NCBI RefSeq assembly: GCF_016432865.1
Contig: NC_067401.1
Coordinates: forward strand, 284,828,001-284,892,000
Direction of reading: 5' to 3'
Origin: Antechinus flavipes
Lineage: Eukaryota
Length of the DNA: 64,000 nucleotides
A model generated the notes under the pieces. It saw nothing but the letters and a program-made list of their open reading frames with translations. It was not told where the DNA came from and made no database searches. The position numbers and the translations under genes were made by a program. Below are positions 60,960-64,000 of the stretch, piece by piece; within the stretch, counting starts at the first letter, position 1, and each line of letters begins with the position of its first letter.

Positions 60960-63700
60960 TCCCAGTGTTCCCAGCGACACCCAACAACATCAGACCAATT
61001 TCACTCCATCAAGGAGAAACAATGCATAAAGGCTGTCAGGGTTTGCTAGAAGTATACTCATCATCCCCGCCTTAGTCCATATATCACAACAGGTAGTTCT
61101 CAGCTCTCTTTGTGTCAGACATACATTTTATCTGAAAAGACAGCAGACAGAGCTACCTGCTGCTTACTCTATGGCTTTTCTGTGTTTCTCTTCTTTTTCT
61201 TAGTTCACTGGGGCTTATTTAAATAAGCTGGCTCCGGGCCAGAAGCTCATCATTTTAATGCAGTGTAAAATGGAATATGCATAATTATATGCAAGCCATA
61301 TGTGAGGGAGACAGCTCAGCTGTGAATTTCAGGAGGCTGGGAGAGTGAACAGCTAGGGATTAGTTGAGATGAGAGCGGAACAGAGTGCAAGTGTCGCCCA
61401 AATGAATGGCTTAATGAGTGTGCTGCTGACACTCCTCCTTTCACCTACTTCTCCCTTTGCTTTAACTCCAAACCCGAAAATGATGTAGATTAGAAGGAAA
61501 ATACTGTATGCAAACGGTATTGCTAATGGGTTCTGTTAATGTCTCCATTTAAACTTCAGCTTTCTTAATTAACAGTGTAGATCAAAATAACCAGTAACTT
61601 TTAATGCAGCTTCTTAATTAAATATTTTTTACTGCATTTGATTGAATACTCATTGTTCTTGCTAGACCGTTGCTGCTTTCAGATCTTTATTTAAAAATAG
61701 AGGGGAAATCAGTTTATTGCTAACAGTATTATAATGCCAATTATAAGTATGCAAATCTCTTTTCTTATGGCCTTGCTATTAAAACGACAAAAAAGTACAT
61801 TATCTAAAGAATGCTTGAGCATGTCAAAAAGTTTACACAAGTATGTATGTAATGGAATCCTGAAAATGCAATAAAGTCATATGAAACTCCTAAAGTGGGT
61901 ATGACTTTCAGCTTAACTATTGGATTTTGGTTTGTTTCTTATTGTTTTAAGTATTAGAACACAATGAATTTGCATGTTCAGCCTAAGCTATTTAAAGGAA
62001 AAAAATCCCAAGTTTTAATATCTAAAAGGCGTACTGCGTATTTAAGCTTCTTAATAATGTTGTTATTTCTGGATTCCCGTTTGTTTAATGATCTGAGCTG
62101 TTATGCTNNNNNNNNNNNNNNNNNNNNNNNNNNNNNNNNNNNNNNNNNNNNNNNNNNNNNNNNNNNNNNNNNNNNNNNNNNNNNNNNNNNNNNNNNNNNN
62201 NNNNNNNNNNNNNNNNNNNNNNNNNNNNNNNNNNNNNNNNNNNNNNNNNNNNNNNNNNNNNNNNNNNNNNNNNNNNNNNNNNNNNNNNNNNNNNNNNNNN
62301 NNNNNNNNNNNNNNNNNNNNNNNNNNNTGAAAGGGTTTGTACATTATTACATAAGTTATGAAATATTAGAGTTGTATCTGTATAAAAGTTCTAAATGCTG
62401 ATATCACTGAATAAGTATTAAGATCTCAAATTGTTTGCAAATCTTTTATATCTGATTATAGAGCTTGAATGGCCTGGTTACATTCATCTGCTTGGTATAG
62501 TAGATTATAGGCAACCCTTTCCCAATTAGAAAAGTTAAAACTATAGAGATGCTAAGTACATATATATAGAGCTATATTATATACATATATATGTAGCTTT
62601 TAAAAAGATCCAACCCCACTCCCATCTGATATCTGTATACTATTTTCAGACAAAGGTGTAAAATTTTGTTCTGCTAGGGAAAAAAAAAAAGATAGCGTCA
62701 ACAACGCAGTACTCCCTTTAGAATTCAACGATTTCGCCACTTTCTTGCCAAATGCAATCAGGCTCTTTCCGTCCCGTTTTTCTGTGTAGAAGGAGTCGAA
62801 TCAAGTAAGCAAAAGCACTGACAAGAAGAATTGAGGATGTTTACAAGTCATAAGAGAGAGAGGATATCAGTGGTGAAAAGGACTGTATTCCAAAGGAGGG
62901 TTAATTTGCTGTTCATTTGAGCATTTTTAGACAAGATGAAAAGCGAGCAAGAAGGCCTATTATATTTCTATTAAATGAATCTGTTGGGACCTAATGTTCT
63001 TGATTAGCTTTTCAAAATGAATACTCCACAATGAATTTTCTGTTTACCTAAAGTAAACAGGGAATGAATTGTCATTTATTTAAAGAGATTTCAAACACTG
63101 CTTTTGAAAATGAAGCTGTTTGATGAATTCAGTTATGTCTTCCCCTAAATTTTCCTTTCTTTTCAACTGCATTTTAAGCACAACATTTGCTCCCAGTGAA
63201 TGAGTGTGAGAATGCTTAGTTATTATATCTCGAGGTAGTCTAATTTCTGTTTCATTTTTGGCCTAATCCAGTAAGAGTCTGTCTGCCAAATCTCTGCATT
63301 AGGAAATCCCACATGCAACGGTCTTTGGGCTTCTCCCTGACACCAACTGTTCCATAAAAACAAAGTGTCCAAAGAGCAGAAGCATGAAAAAAAAATACAG
63401 TTCTTGCCCATTCTAGCCACAGTGACTATGTTGAAAGAGAGAAACACTTTTTTTTTTTTGACTACATGGCCCTATTCAGTTACAACAGCACTACTCATCT
63501 GCTGTATTCTATGCTTTGGTCAGAGGGAATATTTAATTCTTATAAACGAAATTCCTCTGCACCCTTATATTTTCTTGAATTTGTCAATGGGACATTGAAT
63601 CCTTTAGGTCTGCTCTTGTTAATGTAGACTATTTCAAAGAGCAGTTCTTCCCATTTAAAAAGGTATTTTAAAAGTTTCACTACATACCTTCTATGTACCT
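60960..63700. promoter_or_regulatory. Transposon-free, CNE- or promoter-like block
   Basis: No recognisable TE for about 2.7 kb; octamer sites, locally retained CpGs, splice-like signals; contains the third N block. Confidence 0.55.
62108..62327. other. Undetermined or masked block of 220 N
   Basis: Run of N, counted directly. Confidence 0.99.
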
Positions 63701-64000
63701 GACTGAAATCAAGAGGAGCCATTTGTGTTGATATTCAATTATCAAAGTGATTTTTAGACAGTTTGGTTCTTATTTAAGGAAGAAATGAAAGTATTTTGAC
63801 TTTTCTCTCCCTGACCCCTTTGCTAGTGGAAAGATGAGTTGTCTAAGACCTTATCTATGGTCAGTTTGTATTGGAAGAGGAGGAAAAATGAATATTTTTT
63901 TCAACTATTATTAGCAAAAAGATATGTTTAATTAGGGCCATTCTTAAATATCATATTTTGTTGTAGTTTGGGAAGATTTGGGATTAGTACAATCCTTGCC

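Noticed and set aside
60688-61075. K/Q/N-rich or F/L-rich ORFs
   Set aside because: Translations of the A-rich simple repeat.
1121-62327. Identifying the N blocks as the miR-100/let-7a-2/miR-125b-1 cluster because of the 46-kb spacing
   Set aside because: Only the spacing is suggestive; block lengths and flanks give no support and the hairpins are not visible.
61964-62401. Long ORFs crossing the N blocks (also 1077-1319 and 16040-16539)
   Set aside because: Their length comes from NNN codons being read as X; they are not evidence of coding.
1-64000. CRISPR arrays, operons, prokaryotic defence or mobile systems
   Set aside because: The sequence is marsupial genomic DNA; there is no repeat-spacer periodicity and there are no long ORFs.
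1-64000. tRNA genes at SINE heads (A/B-box-like 'gtggatagag...gagttcaaatc')
   Set aside because: Each continues into a CORE-SINE body, so these are tRNA-derived SINE heads, not tRNA genes.

Overview
AT-rich, CpG-depleted eukaryotic DNA from a marsupial, most likely a dasyurid (Tasmanian devil, quoll, dunnart or antechinus group). This is inferred from its repeats: Mar1-type CORE-SINEs, a WSINE1-like SINE, MIR/MIR3, L2, L3/CR1, BovB-like RTE fragments, a young L1 3' end, hAT-type MITEs and one solo LTR. Repeat family names come from recalled consensus sequences, not a database search, and most boundaries are approximate. I cannot recognise any protein-coding gene in the visible sequence; the ORF-track entries trace to repeats, microsatellites, N blocks or chance. 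The window looks like a large intron or gene desert, with several transposon-free islands that resemble conserved non-coding elements (about 0.2-1.4, 14.5-17.5, 22.5-23.6, 26.2-26.6, 34.2-35.2 and 61-63.7 kb). Three N blocks (132, 148 and 220 bp) each lie inside such an island, and their flanks carry splice-like signals, so the most informative bases may be the hidden ones. Best leads: (1) a possible minus-strand spliced transcript linking the N blocks and a well-formed 105-nt candidate exon; (2) plus-strand splice signals, a CpG-retaining segment and a POU/SOX motif cluster at 61-63 kb; (3) an inverted, apparently templated copy of a 70-bp non-TE segment 1.8 kb from its source; (4) nested BovB-like insertions. 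I found no CRISPR array, rRNA gene or tRNA gene, and nothing that I can show to be a new biological system.
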